Shown here: positions 59,254 through 64,000 of the stretch, piece by piece | How positions within the stretch are numbered: the first letter of the stretch is position 1 | Layout: the number at the start of each line of letters is the position of its first letter | Assembly: GCA_000004695.1 (NCBI GenBank) | Contig: CM000152.2 | Span: 5,888,001-5,952,000, forward strand | DNA length: 64,000 nt | Direction of reading: 5' to 3' | From: Dictyostelium discoideum | Lineage: Eukaryota | Position numbers and translations under genes: made by a program | The notes under the pieces: model-generated | Databases searched by the model: none | Seen by the model: the letters and a program-made list of their open reading frames with translations, nothing else | What the model was told of the DNA's origin: nothing

Positions 59254-62200
59254 TTATAATAATTTTTGAGATCTAATTTCTTCTAATTTTTTAATAACTT
59301 CAGAAGGTGATCTTGATAATTCTTCAGAGATTGATAATTGTTTTTGATAATTTAAAGTTGAGAATTGTTCACAAAGGTCACCATCGATAATATTTTTAAC
59401 TGGGAAATAATAGGAACGATAGGCAAGATGATCACGACCGCATAATGGTAGACAATCGGATCTCATATTCATTTCTAATGTTGAAAAGAAATCTACGTCC
59501 TCTCTTGATGTGAAGGGGATTAAGGCACCAATGGCACCACTGATGGTTGTGTATAGTATAACCTCTGGTCCACCGACTACCAATGAAGTTTTATTTAAAG
59601 TTGTAACGGTATCACCAACAAAGAAATTAGCTATATGGTCCAATTTATGAGGGGCGCCGTTTAAAGTGCCACTTTCAAATTTCAATTTAGTGCCAGTTGG
59701 ATCCTCTTCAACCTCATCAGAGATTAGTAATGGTAAACGTAATACAAAGATATTACCAAACTTATCGGCACCCGCAACCGTATCATAATCCAACATAACC
59801 GATGAAGTCATCCAACGTGGTGCTAAATCATCTGCAAACACATATAACATATTCTCTGATCGTTTATACTTTATGAAATGAATGCTCTCTTGGATGTCAC
59901 CAACCACCAACCTGTCGCCTAAACTATGAATATTGACGATTGTATTTGGTAGATTCTTTGTCTCACATTTTCTAAGTAATTTCTTTTTACCCATATCATA
60001 GATACGTATTGATTTACCAACACCACAAACCAATTTACCTTGAAACTGTGCCATTGCATAAACTGGTTCCTCCACCTCGGTCTTATAAAGTAACTCCAAT
60101 TTCTTACCACCATCAATGAAACGATAAAGATTTAAATGTGCACTCTTATGACTCTTTGGATTTAATACCATATCAGTTACACAACCAACCACTAAAAATA
60201 TCTCACCACTTTCACCAAATGAACATGTACAAACACTAAATCCTGCCTCACCATCTTCCAACATCAATGACTCTAAAGATTCATGTGTAATTGGATCCAT
60301 AATTTTAATATAAGATTTCCATTTACCTTTACCAGCTTTTGGTTTAAATAATTTTTTAAATGGTTCAATTTCATTATTATTATTTTGATCATCATCATCA
60401 ATATCCATTTCTTGTTGTAACTCTTTTTGTTTTTCTAATAATAATTTTTCAGATTGTTCATTAATTTTATCAATATCAATATTATCTGTATTATAATTTG
60501 TTTCAGTCTCTAAAATTATGATATAACTTGTTTGTGGATGAATTATAAATCTTTTTGGTGTTGCATTTAATTTAATAGTTTCTTGATTGAATAAATCACC
60601 CAATTTATCAATTGAGAAAATTATGATTTTATTTTCACTTGTTGCTACAATACTCTCTGCTGATTGTTCCGATGAAAGATTGGATGCATTCTCTAATGGT
60701 TCAATTGATAATGGTACAATATCTAATTTACCTTGATTAATATAATTTAACCAAACTCTACTTGATAATGCTAACATTGCATTTGAACCTCTAACTTTAA
60801 CTTTAAATAATTTCACCGGTTTTCTACCTAATAATCTTGTTCTAATATCTGATAATTCACCTGTAACACTATCTAATGTTGCACGTTTAACAACACCATT
60901 TTTTAAACCAACAAATAAAAATAATGATCCACCACTTGTGACTGAACTACTTGCTGATGAGGTTGAGGTTGTTGTTGTGGTGGTTTGACCAGTTTGTGAT
61001 TGTGATTTTTTAGTTTCAATACCCATTTCATTTAATTGCATTTCAATAATTGATAAACTTTCAATATAAACTTTATCAGTATCTAACATTGAAACTTGAC
61101 CTAAACAATTATCACGATCTAATGAAAGAACTCTAATTGGACCTTCCCAATCGGATACTGCAATGAAACGTGCCATATTTCTACCTTTTGGAATTGGTGA
61201 AATTTCAATGCATGCTATATCTCTTCTAAGATCTTTTTTAATGATTTCAATTAAATTTGATGCTTGATCCAATTCGAAATAAATGATTTCACCACCACTT
61301 AATGCAATCGCCAATTGTGATTGATTAGCTGATGCACGTACAATGGTTTTTCTGCCTGGTGCTCTCCATTCATTAATTCTTAAATCGGATTTAATATGAC
61401 GGAAACCTGTTGGGAACACTTGAATAATTGCATCGTCTCCCATTGATTTCACTAATAGTGTGGTTGTAGTCTCCAATATACCACTCTCATGATTCTCTTG
61501 AATGGTATCACCAACACTTAACACTGATGTAGTACCAACGAATGATACAACTATATATTTATCAGTTTGGTCGATTGCATTGGGTGAGGTTGATTTTGGT
61601 ACTGTCCAAATTCCACTTGGCACACCAGGTAAATTGGCAGTGGTGATTGTGGTAACCGATAGGCCATGTCGTAACACCTTCAATGACGAATTCAAGCCAG
61701 TACCACATAATGAATAGAGTTGAGGGTTCTCTTCCCTAACTAAATCCAAAACTTTGAAATCGATAATGGGTGACAACGATGATAAATGTGATGTTGGCTC
61801 CAAATTCTTCAACTCCTCCATTTTAGTACCACATGAATTTCTAGGAGTGAACCAAAGATGGCCGTCCTTATCCTCCAATCTCTTGGCTTGGCCCTCTTCC
61901 TCCTCGTCACCAATCGATTTGAAAAAGTATAATGTATGATCACCAAATTCTGATGCAGCGAAAAGGAAGCCGTTCTTCAATACGGTTAAACAATTTGCCA
62001 ATACTATCGTGTCGAAATAGTTTACATTCACCTCTGAAACCTGGTCACCCTGGTAGTCCAATGTGATCTTGTAAAGATCTCCATGCTCTGATTGCACTAA
62101 AAAGAAGAACATTCCCTTTTGTTTATGTGATGAATGAGAGATTATCAATACTCCTTTATTGGGGTCACTACCATATCTACGTGGTATTCTAGAACGCACC

Positions 62201-62680
62201 TCTGCATGATCTTGGTTACGATACACTATATAATCCTCTGATGCTACCAATACACCACCTGGTCCCTCTGTACCACCTGGTACTGTCATCACTATGTTTG
62301 CACTGTCGTCAACTTGATCACTCCATTTTCTAACAACATTATTTAAACCTAAATCCAATTCATAATAAGTCAACAATTTCTTTTTCTTTCCAATATCTTC
62401 ATCCATCATCTCCTCAATTGATCCACCACCACCACCACCACTACTACTATCCTCCTCTGTATAATCAACTGATATGGTTGCAAATATTGGGTTATCAAAT
62501 CCAACATCAACACCACACATTGAAAATACAATTGTATTTGATTTATGTGCCTCCAATGGTGATGAAATTGTTAAATTTGCTGATGAATCTCTATTTAAAA
62601 TATAAACTAATTTTTGTTTTTCAATTGCACCTAAAATTATAATTATAACATATAGTGTATTAATATATATATTTATCTAT

Positions 62681-62711
<31 letters not shown>

Positions 62712-63124
62712 TATAATATATAAGACATACCAATCATAAAAGCTCTTCCTTTTGGATCAACTGCTAAATATTGACCAGGTACAATACGACGACAACCTGA
62801 ACGACCAAAAGTTTCTTGATGAATTTTATCAAATTGATTCTTTTGTGAATTATATTCCAAGATTACAACACGACCAGAATCTGAACCTACGATAATATAA
62901 TCTTTAGTACCACTTGTTAAACGAAATGGTATTATTGATCTAACTATACCAAATACTTCTGTATATAATACTGATTGCATTTTACCATTTTCATCATATC
63001 TAATCAATTCTAATGATCTACCATGATTTAATACTATTTCAACTTGTTTTGTACCTGAAAAATTACCACTAATCGATTGATATACCGATGTTGGTCTTTG
63101 TAATGTTAAATTATATAAATACAT
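59254..63124 (-). CDS. sf3b3: Splicing factor 3B subunit 3 (SF3B3/SAP130), 2 exons: 63124..62731 and 62630..59254
   Basis: Exon 1 reads MYLYNLTLQRPTS..GTKDYIIVGSDSGRVVILEYNSQKNQFDKIHQETFGRSGCRRIVPGQYLAVDPKGRAFMI, which matches the human SF3B3 N-terminus. After a GTATGT donor and a 100-nt intron (62631..62730), exon 2 continues GAIEKQKLVYILNRDSSANLTISSPLEAHKSNTIVF and runs to ..LCEQF..SEELSRSPSEVIKKLEEIRS, collinear with human SF3B3. Length is about 1,256 aa. Confidence 0.9.
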
Positions 63125-63285
63125 TTTATTTTTTTTTATATATGTAAATATATATTTTAAATTTATTTATCTCCTACCCCTTTTATTAAGGCGATATTAA
63201 TAAAAAAAATAATTAAAAAAAAAAATATAAAAAATTTGGAAATGAAAATGAGAACGTTCAAATTATAAAAAATGAGATCATTTTC

Positions 63286-63317
<32 letters not shown>

Positions 63318-64000
63318 CAATTTTTTTTTTTTTTTTTTTTTTTAAATTGTTTGTGAAAAATTCTAAACAGAAATAAATTAAATTTAATTCATCCAAATCC
63401 AGGACTTCTTTAATCTTAAAAAAAAAATAAGTTCTGAAAGTAATTTTCTTATTCAGTTTTTATTTTTATATAATAAAACAAATAAAAAAATAAAAATAAA
63501 AAAGAAGAAGAAATAAATGAAAATAGGAAATTTATAAACTTAAATAAAAAAATAAACCTTTTTTTTTTTGAATTGGATTTAAAAAAATAAACCAATTCAA
63601 ATCAAATTAATTTCCCTATTCATTCTTCTTCAAAATTAAAACAATTACAAGAAATGAATGGTAAATAATTAAATTCTAAAAAAAAAAAAATTGATTAAAG
63701 GAAAAAAAAAAAAAAAAAAACATAATGATTACATCCATTTTTTTATATTTTATATCATTTTGTATTTCTGAGTGCTCTATTTATCTATTCTAAACCCATG
63801 TTAGAAATAAATAAAATTAAATCATTGTTAAAAAAAATATTAAAAATAAAAAGAATAAAAAAAACATTCGACTGTAAACCTTTAATATTGGTTGAATTTA
63901 TTTGAAACAACATTATAAAAAATTTATATGTGTAAGTTTGTTCAAATTAAAAAATAAAAATAAAAAAATAAAACAATCAGTTTGTAGGATGGAAATTGAA

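Overview
The window is eukaryotic nuclear DNA, almost certainly Dictyostelium discoideum or a close dictyostelid. Evidence: about 75-80% A+T, long homopolymer runs between genes, short introns with GTAAGT/GTATGT/GTAAAT donors and AG acceptors, and abundant poly-Asn/Gln tracts encoded by (AAT)n/(CAA)n. I can support about 25 protein-coding genes. Conserved ones are PEMT, RbAp48/RBBP4, TatD DNase, a GH20 beta-hexosaminidase, an RsmE-like rRNA methyltransferase, a purple acid phosphatase, SF3B3, an EamA/DMT transporter, an atypical Ras-family GTPase, an atypical protein kinase, two tandem beta-lactamase-like hydrolases, a PMP-repeat membrane protein, a FNIP-repeat protein and an hssA/2C/7E-like small gene. 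There are six tRNA genes, each with a downstream external B box: three near-identical tRNA-Ser(GCU), plus Thr(AGU), Leu(AAG) and Val(AAC). All six sit next to 5'-truncated tRNA-gene-targeted non-LTR retrotransposon (TRE) fragments, which form a nested array between 13.7 and 19 kb. The feature I find most unusual is a 9,054-bp intron-less ORF (3,017 aa). It fuses a CLU domain, cysteine-containing leucine-rich repeats, a UBC (E2) catalytic core with an HPH-ICLDIL active site, and a C-terminal CCCH zinc finger. Other oddities: tandem arrays of a 39-bp unit spanning the 5' boundary of the tRNA-Ser gene, a target-site duplication around an oligo(A) at an external B box, a roughly 187-bp composite block repeated on both sides of one TRE, a perfect tandem palindrome, and a polypyrimidine tract of about 400 bp. 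There are no CRISPR arrays and no rRNA genes.
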